Assembly (NCBI RefSeq): GCF_002113885.1
Contig: NW_018480052.1
Coordinates: forward strand, 163,474-227,473
Source: Mizuhopecten yessoensis
Lineage: Eukaryota
Length of the DNA: 64,000 nt
Direction: 5' to 3'
The translations under genes and the position numbers were made by a program. How positions within the stretch are numbered: position 1 is the first letter of the stretch; each line of letters opens with the position of its first letter. Of this stretch, positions 12,181 through 27,700 are shown one piece after another. The notes beneath the pieces were generated by a model. The model did not search any database. It saw nothing but the letters and a program-made list of their open reading frames with translations, and was not told the origin of the DNA.

Positions 12181-13771
12181 CAGAACATTGTTGATAATAT
12201 TCTGATTATTTCATCTTCATTATTATTTCTATAAAGTTTGGCAAGATATGGTTTCTTTTCTGAAGTGATTTATCAAACATATAGTAATGTTGAGAAAAAC
12301 AGTTCCCAATGTGTAAGTACAGCTCGTGACAGTGGTATGGGGATCCTTCACAATCACNCACAATCACGTTAGGTCTTATATAGGTACAGGATTTCAATGT
12401 GTAAGTACAGCTTTTGACAGTGGTACGGGGATCCTTCACAATCACGTTAGGTCTTATATAGGTACAGATGATGTTCAATGTTTAATATTTGTGAGTCAAT
12501 GCTTTAAAACATCAACGTTTGACGATATATCTGATTGTAACCTTAATGGTCACCGGAGTTGAAATACAATTGTTATTCGTGGTTGGTATGTGACAAAATC
12601 AAATAGTATCAATATATCCAAATATATATTTTTTTATGATGGTTTCCTTGACAAAATGATCTTGGGGAGTGACTAACATATATCATATGTATAGCTGGCA
12701 GTTTTCAGGAAAAAACACATGAAAAGATAAAACCATGTAATATCGTCAAATTTACCCCCTCCCCAGGGAGAAATGGGTGACTTAGGGTAGTGAAATTCAT
12801 CATTTTGATAAGGCACCTCAAGACCTTCCATCCATGATGAATATTTGATTCATGTATACCTGGTTCTGAAGAAGAAGAGTGTTGAATAGTTTGGCAATTC
12901 AACCCCTTTTGGGTGACATATCCCTGTCAGGATCTTAATTTTGATATCATCAAACTCCATTCACATGTTGACATGATGATAATACTAACCAAATTTTAAT
13001 TCTTGCCAACTGAAAATATAAAAAATACACCAAAAGTGTTATTTCTCTTTATAAACTGTAGTATAATTGACCCCGTCTCCAAGGGTATAGAAATTAATAA
13101 TTTTGATAAAGCACCATAATACCCTTTTATCTCTAAAGAGTATTTGATCTCAACATATCCGGGTCTGAAGAGGACGATTGTATAAATTTTAGCCAATTTG
13201 GCCCAATCCCTGCAGGTATAGATGGATATACATGGAACTCGTGATTTTGTTTTGCCTTTGACCCTGGAACCGTCTTGTAACATTTTATTAAAGTAAACTG
13301 TTTGCTGTAATTGTTTTTACTGAATGTCCCCGAGGCCAAAGGCTTCTCCAGAACAATTTGTGATAAAATTCCTTCACCTGTTTGGTAGTTTGGACACATA
13401 TTTGACAGTTGACACTTGGGGAGAAATTATTACAAAAAAATATTAGAAATTTTCATCCATGTAAAAAAATTATGTGAAAATTGAGAACCATGAAAATGAC
13501 TGAATATTTATTGTATGTGAACATATTTTGGTTTCCAATGAAATAATGTAAACGTTATATTTGTTATTAGTGTACACAACTTAAGGTATTTACAATTTAA
13601 TGTATGCACGCCTATTGCATTGTAATACAATGTAGTAATATTTTGTAATAATGTATAATATCTAAGGTATACAAGTATGTTACATTATAGTAACAATATG
13701 TTGAAAACACAAATTATAATCTTCACTTTTCACTGAAAATTATTTTATATTTTTTGTGAATATGCTTTATG

Positions 13772-14210
13772 ACTAAGTGTATTACACTGTCACAGTAAAT
13801 ATACTATATTGATAAGTGTATATACACTAGCTATCACAGTAAATATACTACATTTATAAGTGTATTACACTGTCACAGTAAATATACTTTATTGATAAGT
13901 GTATATACACTGTCACAGTAAATATACTACATTTATAAGTGTATTACACTGTCACAGTAAATTTACTACATATATAAGTGTATTACACTGTCACAGTAAA
14001 TATACTATATTTATAAGTGTATTACACTGTCACAGTAAATATGCTACATTTATAGGTATTTCACTGTCACAGTAAATATACTACATGTATAAGTGTATAA
14101 CACTGTCACAGTAAATATACTACATTTACAAGTGTATTACATTGTCACAGTAATTATACAACTATTATAAGTGTAATACACTGTCACAGTAAATACACTA
14201 CATTTACAAT
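13772..14210. repeat. Minisatellite, ~39-40-bp unit, ~11 copies
   Basis: Unit acactgtcacagtaaatatactacatttataagtgtatt. Confidence 0.9.
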
Positions 14211-14999
14211 GTATTCAATGTATTGACAGATTTGTATGTAAATAGACTTAAATTCCTTTTACCTGTAATGTCAGTGATTAACAGTTGATTGTATTGCCTT
14301 GTGTACAGCCCTTTAATAAAGTTTGATGTGTGTAATAAAAAGTCATTTATATCTTATCTATCCTCTTCGTTATTTTTGTTATAAGAGCGTAGCTCTGTAA
14401 GGGTTGCTTCCCTTTTATACATTGCCCTGAATTATTTTCGTCCGAGGGAAGCTGTCCGATGTGGATACTAGAAGTGCATCCTTGAAGCAAAGACAATTAT
14501 GTTTCAGCATGTACATGTACTACATATAGTAAATATCTCCACGTTTTTATTACGCTTTTATTCAGAGAAACAAATCAATAGGAAATCTGAAGTAGAAATT
14601 CTCCTTTGACGTATCCTCGAGAGAATGAGACTAAAGAAACAGAATATAAGTGTAAACAGAATTGTTGCTATATTTCTACATTTTCAGTTTTTGATGATAA
14701 CTAATATACATTCTGAGTGATAAAAAGTCCATCACATAAAAATGAATGCGATACTAATTAACATGCATGAAACTTCGTTCAGGGATTATCATACTGTGAC
14801 GTCACAAACATGTCATACTCAGTCGACCTTCATCGGAAGGAAGGACCACCAACACGAGTTTAATGCCCTTTTTTAGCAACATATTACTTTTTCACAACGC
14901 ATGCAGATTTATAACTAGATACAGACAGAAACTGTTTAATTTTTATTTGGCATCATTACCTGTCAAATCTCAGGGACAATAAAAAAATCTAAAATTCAA

Positions 15000-15452
15000 C
15001 GGTAGAAGGGTTTTTAAGGTTTTACCTCTATATCCCTTATTGGGCTCCCTTCCTCTGCCCCCAGGGGGGCTACACTAACCGTTTGTACAACAAAGGCCCA
15101 ATGGGCCTGCATCCCTCACCCGATATTTAACTCACACTTGTAACCTTAAAAGTGATCTAAAATAAAACTACAGGCAAAGTATCAGTATTTATGACTATTT
15201 TTAAAAACATTTGACCCCTGTGACCTTGAAAGTCGAACAAGGTCATTACGTTGAACAAACGTTATAGCCCTTCATCAATCTCAGCATAAAAATGACCTTT
15301 AAAGTGGGTCAAGGTCATTCAAATTAAAAACAGCTTGATAGCCCTTCATCCAAGCATGCTACTGGTCAGATATCAACATTCTATACCTTATGGATTTTCA
15401 GGAGAAGTCGTTTAAAGTTTTAAACATATTTGACCCCTGTGACCTTGAAATG
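15000..15452 (+). mobile_element. Truncated Helentron-type non-autonomous element fragments
   Basis: caaaggcccaatgggcct 5' hairpin near 15091, and tttgacccctgtgaccttgaaa repeats shared with 17302-18526. Confidence 0.6.
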
Positions 15453-15706
15453 TGTAGTTAAAATGGCAGTATACATAGTTCACTGTGATCACCACAAGTG
15501 TAAGTAGTAGCTCTGTCTCCAGTATACATAGTTCACTGTGATCTGTACAAGTGTAAGAAGTAGCTCTGTCTCCAGTAGTCGTTTAGACACAATGGCGAAT
15601 TATCTGTCCGTCTCTGTTCACTGATATAATTGTGACCAGTCTGTTCACCTCTCTAGAGGTGACATTTTTAAAGGCGTAAGTTAACATGTTCCGAGTTCTG
15701 TCTGTC

Positions 15707-15782
15707 TCATCGATCTGGTGTGTGAAGGGAGAAAACTCTTGCTGTTTTATCATCTGACACGGTTACCATGGTTTCCCCATCT
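15707..15782 (-). CDS. AAMP: AAMP final coding exon 11
   Basis: [24 protein letters not shown] followed by TGA. Confidence 0.92.
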
Positions 15783-18700
15783 CTGAAAAGATCAAAAAAA
15801 ATCTGTCAAATCAATAAAAGTGTTGATTATTTGTCACAATTTCAATACTTTGACTTCAAATAAAACAGTCTTAAACCTATTTCTGAACGATGCGGTTCAA
15901 TACAAAAGATTTTCTTTTACCAATCAGATGAAAATTCAAAAGAGGGTATTTACAATAGTCTGTATATGAATTTACAGTGAAACTTGTGTAATCTGACACC
16001 GTCATATCCAGCAAACTGGCTGGTCAGAATAGACAGGTTTTATTTGACAATTTTTATACATGAGATTATATTATTTTAAATAAGATTGTTTGGGACCAGT
16101 CAGTCTTGAAACATTGCGACACACTTGATTAGCACAATGTTTGTGTATAAAGTTAAACTTTAATACGTGAGATTATAGTATATGTCAGACATGACAGTTT
16201 GTCGGAATACCCAGGAGTCAGATTACACAGGATTAACTATATATGTACAGTGACATAAAACAGGATTAAAAAGGTTTTAGATTACACTAGTTCTATTTCA
16301 TACGTATTGTAAATAACTTCCAAAACTTTTCACAGAAATTTGGTAAGAGAGACTATCATGTATCCAAATGTCAGAGTCACAATTTTAAAGTAACTCTTAT
16401 ATCTTATTGTTTCTATCTTGAATTTAAGTCATCATATGATAGGAAGAATGCAAAATCTGAGAGACAATATTTTTCACTCTCACTAAACACCAAAATGCTT
16501 GACCCAGACGTGAACTACATGTATATACCGTACCTGTTATTAACATTGAAACCTAGAATATCCTCTGTATCTTATTGACATTTAAAATTTGGTTTTGAGT
16601 CCAAAATTGTTTCATGAACCTGGGATGCGTATTATAGCGATCACATGATCGTGTGCCTGGAGAGGTTTTATTAAATACAAGCATGTATACATTACCTTGA
16701 CAAGTCCAGGTCCAGTATGGAGTCTGTGTGACCGGACCACTGGTTGACACACTGACCATTGCGACCGTCCCACAGACGCACAACACCGTCCAGACACGCA
16801 GTGTATACCAGGGGGGCAGTGGGATCCCACTTAAGTCTGACTACACCTGCCTATAACACAGATATTTGTATACACAAACATGCCTGCATGTATACTAAAG
16901 ACATAAAACATCTGAGAATGAAGTTTTCATACAAAAATAATTTGATCTCATTTGAAATGTACTTGGAGGGTAGGCAATGTCCCTGTTTGTAAAAAGGCAG
17001 TTCCATATAGGAATTGAAGAGTCAAGGTCCAAAGCTATTAATTAAAACTATCACAAACATTTTTTCTCTCATAAATTATATTTTAAAATATATTAAAATT
17101 GTGTTGAAAAATAATTTTCTCTAAGACTTGGTGCCGTACCTCATGTTGACAGTTGCTTCGAACAATCTGTGTTGGCAGGTCCCATATACAGAGGGTACCC
17201 TGTAGTGTTCCAGTGGCTGCCCATGTCTGTCTGGAACAACAAGCAAAACAGTGTTTTTACAGCAAGAATTTTACTTGTTTAAGTTACAAAAACACAAAAT
17301 AACAAGAGGCCCAATGGGCTTGAATAGCTCACCTGGTATTAATCTCACAAATAATCTTTAAAGTGGACTAAAATACAGCTACAGGCAGAATATCAGTGTT
17401 TGACTCATAAGAAACTATTAAAAGATTTAAACATATGACGCTTGTGACCTTGAATGTCGAACAAGGACGTAAGGTTGAACAGAGTTTATAGTCGTCCAAC
17501 CAAGCATGCTTCTGGCAAAATATCATTACCCTGGACCTTTTGGTTATACAGAACAAGTCATTTAAAGATTTAAACATATATTGACCACTGTGACCGTGCA
17601 TATGGGTGAAGGTCATTCATTTGAAAAAACCCGGTAGTCCTTAATCCCAGCATGTTAATGGCCAAATATCATCACCCTTAGCCTTTTGCTTATTGAGAAG
17701 AGGTCGTTTAAACAAACAAAGGTTTTAAACATATTTGACCCCAGTGACCTTCAATATATGTTGAGGTCATTCGTTTGAATAAACTTGGTAGTCCTTCATC
17801 TAAGCATGGTACTGGCCAAACAGCATCATCCAAGGACTTTATTATTGAAAAGATGTTGTTTAAAGGTTTTAAACATATTTGACCATTGTGACCTTGAATA
17901 ATTGTCAAGGTCATTCATATTAACAAACTTGGTAGTGCTTCATCCCAGCATGCTACAGGCCAAATATTATAACCCTCAGCCTCTTGGTTATTGAAAAGAA
18001 GTAGTTTTAAACATATTTGACCCCTGTGAACTTGAAAATGGGTGAAGGTCTTTTGTTTGAACAAACTTTGTAGCCCTTCATCCAATCATGATACTGGCCA
18101 AATATCAACACCCTTAGCCTTTCAGTTACTGAGAATAAGTTGTTCAAAGGTATTTAACATATTTGACCCCTGTGACCTTGAAAATAGATGAAGGTCATTC
18201 ATTTGAACAAACTTGGTAGCCCTTCATCCAAGCATGTTACTGGCCAAATATCATCATCCAAGGCATTTTGATTATTGAGAATAAGTTGTTCAAAGGTTTT
18301 TAACATGTTTGAACCCTGTGACCTTGAAAATAGATGAAGGTCATTCATTTGAACAAACTTGGTAGCGCTTGATTCCAGGATGCTACTGGCCAAATATCAT
18401 CATCCTAGGCCTTTTGGTTAATGAAGAGAAGTTGTTTAAGTAAAAAGTTGATGCCGGACAGACGGATGCCGGACGACGGACGCCGCACCATGGCATAAGC
18501 TCACTTGCCCTTTGGGCAGGTGAGCTAAAAATGAATATGTTTTGCTAAACTTCATTTGTAATGGCCCAAGTCTACCTTTCTTATTTGAAGATGTTTGTTT
18601 ACACTGAAATATGCTATAGCCAGCTACTGTATGCTCTCTACCAAACTCTATAAGTCCCTAGAAAGTCATGATAAACCAGAGGTTACGTTATCTGTAAAAG

Positions 18701-21700
18701 GTTATGCTATCATAATCCCATCATCTGTGTGTACTGCCACAACCAGTGGTTCACACTCACATTTTGATACATCAGTTACGGCCAGGACCACTTAATACTT
18801 AAATTTCACATATTAGCATAATCTCTGAAAAACAGGCAACCAATACAACTTTTCCCTTCATTACATATTAAACTTTTCAGTTGCCTTTGCCCAAGGATGC
18901 TCCAGGTCAAACCTAAATGGTACATGTAAGAAGAAGGATTTTAAAGATTTAAACCTCAAATTCCTCTTTTGAGCCCTGCCCCTCTGCACCCAAAGAGGCC
19001 ACACCCACAGTTTATACAAAATTGAGTCATCTTGGCCAAAGGATGCTCAAGGCCAAATTAGGATAAAACCCATTTATCCCTATGGTAGGAGAAGAATATG
19101 AAAGATTTTACCCCATTTTCCCCCATTGGACCTGCCCCTCTGCCCCCAAGGGGTCCGAAATCACTGTTTATACAAAATTAAGTCCCCTTGGCCTTAAGAT
19201 GCTCCAGACCAAATTGGGATGAAATCCATTAATCCCTAAGGTAGGTGAAGGATTTTAAAGGTTTTACCTCTATTTCCCCTATTTGGACCCACCCCTCTGC
19301 CCCCAGGGGGTCCACACCCACAATTTGTACAAAATTTAGTCGCCTTGGGCCAAGGATGCTCCAGACTAAATAAGGATAAAATCCCTTCATTCCTATGGTA
19401 GAAGAAGGCATTTCAAGATTTTACCTCTATTTCCCCTATTGGGCCCGCCCCTCTGCCCCCAGGAAGGCCACATACACCATTTCTACAAAAGTAACTGCCC
19501 TTGACCTAAGGGTGCTTCAGACCAAATAAAGTCAAAATCTATTGGCCTGTTTGGGACTAGTAGTGTTTTAAAGGAAAAGTTGACGGACGGACGACGGACG
19601 CCGTGCCTTGGCATAAGCTCACCAGTCCTTCGGAATAGGTGAGCCAAAAAGCTGTGGAGTTAAGACAGAATGGTGAATCACACTAGAATATTCTAAAATA
19701 AATCTGCAGATCTCTACAGAGTTATCAATACTTACTGTATACAGAACTCACAGGCCTCTACAGAGTTATCAATACTTACTGTCTACAGAAATCACAGGCC
19801 TCTACAGAGTTATCAATACTTATTGTCTACAGAAACCACAGACCTCTACAGATGTATCAATACTTACTGTCTACAAAAACCACATGCCTCTACAGAGTTT
19901 TCAAAACTTACTGTCTACAGAAACCACAGGCCTCTCAGAGTTATCAATACTTACTGTCTAGAGAAACCACAGGCCTCTACAGAGGTATCAATACTTACTG
20001 TCTACAGAAACAACAGGTCTGTTGAGTTATCAATACTTACTGTCTACAGAAACTGCAGGCCTCTACAGAGTTATCAATACTTACTGTGTACAGAAACCAC
20101 ATGCCTCTACAGAGTTATAAATACTTACTGTCTAAAGAAACCACAGACCTCAATTTATGTTTCAATTCCTACTGTCTACAGAATCCACAGACTTCTACAG
20201 AGTTCTCAATACTTACTGTCTAGAGAAACCACAGGCCTCTCAGAGTTATCAATACATACTGTCTACCCCCCCCACAGGCCTCTACAGATTTATCAATACT
20301 TACTTTCTACAGAAGCCACAGGCCTCTACAGAGATATCAATACTTACTGGCTACAGAAACCACAGTCCTCTACAGAGGTATCGATACATACTGTCTACCG
20401 AAACCACAGGCCTCTACAGAGGGATCAATACTTACTGTTTACAGAAACCACAGACGTCTACAGAGTTATCAACACCTACTGTCTACAGAAAGAACAGGGC
20501 TGTTGAGTTATCAATAGTTACTGTCTACAGAACCCACAGGCCTCTACAGAGCTATCAATACTTACTGTTTACAGAAACCACAGACCTTTACAGAGGTATC
20601 AATTCTTACTGTATACAGAACTCACAGGCCTCTACAGATTTATCAATACTTACTGTATACAGAACTCACAGGCCTCTACAGAGATATCAATACTTACTGG
20701 CTACAGAAACCACAGTCCTCTACAGAGGTATCGATACATACTGTCTACAGAAACCACAGACCTCTACAGAGGTATCGATACATACTGTCTACAGAAACCA
20801 CAGGCCTCTACAGAGTTATCAATACTTATTCTATACAGAAACCACAGACCTCTCCAGAGTTATCAATACCTACTGTTTACAGAAACCACAGGCCTCTACA
20901 GAGTTATCAATACCTACTGTCTACAGAAACCACAGACCTCTACAGAGGTATCAATACTTACTGTTTACAGAAACCACAGGCCTCTACAGAGTTTTCTCCT
21001 TCCTTCATTGACTCACATTTAAATGTTGACAGAACCTACAAGGAAAACATTTATCTTCAAATACAGTAAAATCTCAATATAATATATATAATGCATCATC
21101 TGACATTTGACACCTTGCTTCCCCAGCATATTACAAGGTCCCTTTTCTCTTTTTCTGAAGTATTCCTTTGTATAATTTCTTCAATTTATCGCCAAATCCC
21201 TATATAACTCTAACCTTTTACTGGACAGTATAACAAGGTTTTGAAACTCTAAACTTTCACTGGACAGTATAACAAGGTTTTGAAACTCTAAACTTTCACT
21301 GGACAGTATAACAAGGTTTTACGGTTTATATCTGACCAGCTTTAAGAGATACCACAAAAGTACAATGCTTCCCAACAAGGAAAATGTCTGTGACGTGATT
21401 GTGAGGCTTGTTTTGTTATTTCTCCATTATTTATGTACCAACCTTCCCCGTACTGGTGTTAACGACCTTGGACGTGACATCAGTTGACCCTGTCATCACC
21501 ATCGAGTTGTCATGGTGACAATCCATACACACCACCGTTGAGGAGTGGCCGTCTCGACCTACAAACAACATGGAGTGATGTCATAGCATTAACCCGTTCA
21601 CCCCTAAAGTCATGTTTGAACCTTACCAAATCAAAGACTAGGCAAGTCCAGTTTAAATATGCAGGGGTAAATGAGTTAATTCAACTAAACCTCTGTCAAA

Positions 21701-24700
21701 TCACCAACATCTAAATTTCAGGTTTATCAAACACTTATTTCTTAATAAATAAAAAAAAATGCACAATGCCAACTACTTAATTTTTATAGACATTAATTTT
21801 TCATGACTGAGCATTAAACATCTTACTTGCAAGGTGACATGGAATATTCCATTTAAATATTTACCCTGCTCATGGACATAAAAATAAAATCACTTGCCTA
21901 CTAGATCACAAGTTGAATAGGTGGTGACCGTATCTCAAATATGATGGGGTGGGTTATATATTCCCCTGGAATAACCCTAAATTAGTTTTCAGATGTTAAC
22001 AAAATCATTCTCTGATTTAAAATAATTACCTTCAGATAATACAACATCATTAAACTCTATATTTGAAATTTGGTGGCAAAAAAAAGGTCATTATTCAAAT
22101 CAGAATTTGTTTTCTGCATTCTTATTATACAATTGTGTTACATTTTGTATTATGAAGTGATTGATGAAGAATTTCTGAAAAGGAGGGAGCCCCAACTTTA
22201 CACATCTGCATATTGCCTTGAGGTCTGAAGTGCAGGGGAGATAATCTCATTTTAACTCATTTTTTTACCCCTGAAGACACATTTGAACTCTTCCAATTCA
22301 AAGGTGGGAATAGTTCATCATAAACTTTCAGGGGTGAATGAGTTAATGGTAAAAAGCAAATTTCAGATCTGCTTATGCTATTTTAATGATCAAACTAGAC
22401 TTATACAAAGTTAGGTACTATATTTAAGACCTACCAGATATGGTCTTCATCATGTCAGCTGTTTTCATGTTCAAACTAGACTTATACAAAGTTAGGTACT
22501 ATATATAAGACCTACCAGATATGGTCTTCATCATGTCAGCTGTTTTAATGATAAAACTCGACTAATACAAAGTTAGGTACTATATATAAGACCTACCAGA
22601 TATGGTCTTCATCATGTCAGCTGTTTTCATGTTCCAAACCTTGATGGCACCATCATCGTATCCGACACATACACGCTTCCCTGGAAAATACAAAGCGAAG
22701 TCTGTTGAAATCTATGTTATAGACAAATTATTGAAAAAAAATTACCTGCCTTTATGATGATGCAAACCTGTACAAACACATATGACAGTAAGGTCACATT
22801 TAATTTTATATTTGATTCTTGCAATTTTATTTGTTGAAATATGGAATGGGCTTTCAAAAATTATCACAACACGAAATTCATGTTTTAGGGTAATTGTTTA
22901 GGCCCCTTTATTTTCTAGCTCAAACTTTTACCGTTGTAAATTGTATAGGTGTATGAAATACACCAGATCTATGGTAACTTAATGTTTATTCTTACTAATA
23001 AAAAGAACCACAGAAATATTTTTGTGACGTCGACCACAATAGGAGTTGGCAGAGTTACACATTCTTTGAGTGAATAAGACACAATTGTGTGACCTTGAAA
23101 ACAGAAGATCACAGAGTAAGGAACCATGATGAAAAATTCAGTTAATTTCTGTGATCACACACAAAGAGAAATTAAAAAAAATATACAAAAGTCTTAAATA
23201 CCATCAGGTAGGATCCGTCCCACGCCTGCTGTACAGCCGTGGCCCTGAAACGTCTTACAATCACCGTCAGGAATCTTCCACATCCACACATCACCATCCA
23301 CGGTGCCCGACAACAACACTGGTGCCAGTGGGTGCCACTGTAACCACTGGTAAACAAAGAATGGCACTGACATCGTAACCAAGGTAACTAGGAAGTGAGG
23401 GTGTCACTTTAACTCATTCACCCCTAAAGACTCATTTGAACTCTTCTAATTCATAGGTTGGAATAGTTCATTGTGAAACTGCAGGGGTGAATCAGTCCAA
23501 GCATATTAGGTTGTCATGGTAATCTAAAGACAGTAAAAGTGACGGAGCCATGGTAACGTATGGTAACAAAAAGGATTAAGTGCCACGGTAATACAAATGT
23601 ATATAAATGTAATAAAAGTCTGAAGCAAGTTACATCCTTTGTTCCTGACATATTACTTTATCCAACTGAAGAACAGGAAACATGCTGGTAGACAGAAGTT
23701 GAGAGTTAAGATATCCTCTACATGAATGAGACAGTCAACAACAGTTGATATGTGTGGGGTTCGCATGTTTATAAATCATGGGATATACCTTATCAAACTG
23801 ACTATAGGTCCATCTGTTTTTAAGATGAAATATGCATCCCCCAACCCAACTAGACATATTTATAAACCTTTCAATGAAAACAGCAAGAGACAATGGTAAC
23901 TAACATGGGAATTTACCCCATCATATCTTCATTTTATTCAATTTTACTCACCTCTATGTCTGAACACTCAAATGACCACACTTCAGCCTTCGTCTCCACT
24001 TTCCACACCTTGACCAGTCCACTGAGGTCAGCTGTGGCCGCGTATACCCCGTTAAAACTAAATCCTACAGAGGTCACAGAGTCTTTGTGTCCTGCCGAGG
24101 AAAACAATAACAAAACTAGTATCCACTGATAGACAATCAGAAAACTAGAATCTACTGATAAACAACCAGAAAACTAGTATCCACTGGAAAACAATCAGAA
24201 AACTAGTATCCACTGATAAACAATCATAAAACTAGTATCCACTGATAAACAATCAGAAAACAAATATCCACTGATAGACAATCAGAAAACTTGTATCCAC
24301 TGATAAACAATCAGAAAACTAGTATCCACTGATAAACAATCAGAAAACTAGTATCCACTGATAAACAATCAGAAAACTAGTATCCACTGATAAACAATCA
24401 GAAAACTAGTATCCACTGATAAACAATCAGAAAACTAGTATCCACTGATAAACAATCAGAAAACTAGTATCCACTGATAAACAATCAGAAAACTAGTATC
24501 CACTGATAAACAATCAGAAAACTAGTATCCACTGATAAACAATCAGAAAACTAGTATCCACTGATAAACAATCAGAAAACTAGTATCCACTGATAAACAA
24601 TCAGAAAACTAGTATCCACTGATAAACAATCAGAAAACTAGTATCCACTGATAAACAATCAGAAAACTAGTATCCACTGATAAACAATCAGAAAACTAGT

Positions 24701-27700
24701 ATCCACTGATAAACAATCAGAAAACTAGTATCCACTGATAAACAATCAGAAAACTAGTATCCACTGATAAACAATCAGAAAACTAGTATCCACTGATAAA
24801 CAATCAGAAAACTAGTATCTACTGATAAACAATCAGAAAACTAGTATCCACTGATAAACAATCAGAAAACTAGTATCCACTGATAAACAATCAGAAAACT
24901 AGTATCCACTGATAAACAATCAGAAAACTAGTATCCACTGATAAACAATCAGAAAACTAGTATCCACTGATAAACAATCAGAAAACTAGTATCCACTGAT
25001 AAACAATCAGAAAACTAGTATCCACTGATAAACAATCAGAAAACTAGTATCCACTGATAAACAATCAGAAAACTAGTATCCACTGATAAACAATCAGAAA
25101 ACTAGTATCCACTGATAAACAATCAGAAAACTAGTATCCACTGATAAACAATCAGAAAACTAGTATCCACTGATAAACAATCAGAAAACTAGTATCCACT
25201 GATAAACAATCAGAAAACTAGTATCCACTGATAAACAATCAGAAAACTAGTATCCACTGATAAACAATCAGAAAACTAGTATCCACTGATAAACAATCAG
25301 AAAACTAGTATCCACTGATAAACAATCAGAAAACTAGTATCCACTGATAAACAATCAGAAAACTAGTATCCACTGATAAACAATCAGAAAACTAGTATCC
25401 ACTGATAAACAATCAGAAAACTAGTATCCACTGATAAACAATCAGAAAACTAGTATCCACTGATAAACAATCAGAAAACTAGTATCCACTGATAAACAAT
25501 CAGAAAACTAGTATCCACTGATAAACAATCAGAAAACTAGTATCCACTGATAAACAATCAGAAAACTAGTATCCACTGATAAACAATCAGAAAACTAGTA
25601 TCCACTGATAAACAATCAGAAAACTAGTATCCACTGATAAACAATCAGAAAACTAGTATCTACTGATAAACAATCAGAAAACTAGTATCCACTGATAAAC
25701 AATCAGAAAACTAGTATCCACTGATAAACAATCAGAAAACTAGTATCCACTGATAAACAATCAGAAAACTAGTATCCACTGATAAACAATCAGAAAACTA
25801 GTATCCACTGATAAACAATCAGAAAACTAGTATCCACTGATAAACAATCAGAAAACTAGTATCCACTGATAAACAATCAGAAAACTAGTATCCACTGATA
25901 AACAATCAGAAAACTAGTATCCACTGATAAACAATCAGAAAACTAGTATCCACTGATAAACAATCAGAAAACTAGTATCCACTGATAAACAATCAGAAAA
26001 CTAGTATCCACTGATAAACAATCAGAAAACTAGTATCCACTGATAAACAATCAGAAAACTAGTATCCACTGATAAACAATCAGAAAACTAGTATCCACTG
26101 ATAAACAATCAGAAAACTAGTATCCACTGATAAACAATCAGAAAACTAGTATCCACTGATAAACAATCAGAAAACTAGTATCCACTGATAAACAATCAGA
26201 AAACTAGTATCCACTGATAAACAATCAGAAAACTAGTATCCACTGATAAACAATCAGAAAACTAGTATCCACTGATAAACAATCAGAAAACTAGTATCCA
26301 CTGATAAACAATCAGAAAACTAGTATCCACTGATAAACAATCAGAAAACTAGTATCCACTGATAAACAATCAGAAAACTAGTATCTACTGATAAACAATC
26401 AGAAAACTAGTATCCACTGATAAACAATCAGAAAACTAGTATCCACTGATAAACAATCAGAAAACTAGTATCCACTGATAAACAATCAGAAAACTAGTAT
26501 CCACTGATAAACAATCAGAAAACTAGTATCCACTGATAAACAATCAGAAAACTAGTATCCACTGATAAACAATCAGAAAACTAGTATCCACTGATAAACA
26601 ATCAGAAAACTAGTATCCACTGATAAACAATCAGAAAACTAGTATCCACTGATAAACAATCAGAAAACTAGTATCCACTGATAAACAATCAGAAAACTAG
26701 TATCCACTGATAAACAATCAGAAAACTAGTATCCACTGATAAACAATCAGAAAACTAGTATCCACTGATAAACAATCAGAAAACTAGTATCCACTGATAA
26801 ACAATCAGAAAACTAGTATCCACTGATAAACAATCAGAAAACTAGTATCCACTGATAAACAATCAGAAAACTAGTATCCACTGATAAACAATCAGAAAAC
26901 TAGTATCCACTGATAAACAATCAGAAAACTAGTATCCACTGATAAACAATCAGAAAACTAGTATCCACTGATAAACAATCAGAAAACTAGTATCCACTGA
27001 TAAACAATCAGAAAACTAGTATCCACTGATAAACAATCAGAAAACTAGTATCCACTGATAAACAATCAGAAAACTAGTATCCACTGATAAACAATCAGAA
27101 AACTAGTATCTACTGATAAACAATCAGAAAACTAGTATCCACTGATAAACAATCAGAAAACTAGTATCCACTGATAAACAATCAGAAAACTAGTATCCAC
27201 TGATAAACAATCAGAAAACTAGTATCCACTGATAAACAATCAGAAAACTAGTATCCACTGATAAACAATCAGAAAACTAGTATCCACTGATAAACAATCA
27301 GAAAACTAGTATCCACTGATAAACAATCAGAAAACTAGTATCCACTGATAAACAATCAGAAAACTAGTATCCACTGATAAACAATCAGAAAACTAGTATC
27401 CACTGATAAACAATCAGAAAACTAGTATCCACTGATAAACAATCAGAAAACTAGTATCCACTGATAAACAATCAGAAAACTAGTATCCACTGATAAACAA
27501 TCAGAAAACTAGTATCCACTGATAAACAATCAGAAAACTAGTATCCACTGATAAACAATCAGAAAACTAGTATCCACTGATAAACAATCAGAAAACTAGT
27601 ATCCACTGATAAACAATCAGAAAACTAGTATCCACTGATAAACAATCAGAAAACTAGTATCCACTGATAAACAATCAGAAAACTAGTATCCACTGATAAA

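Noticed and set aside
19823-21011. Two repetitive plus-strand ORFs (227 and 284 aa)
   Set aside because: Chance open frames through the 44-bp minisatellite, antisense to AAMP; the 44-bp period cycles the same three peptide motifs.
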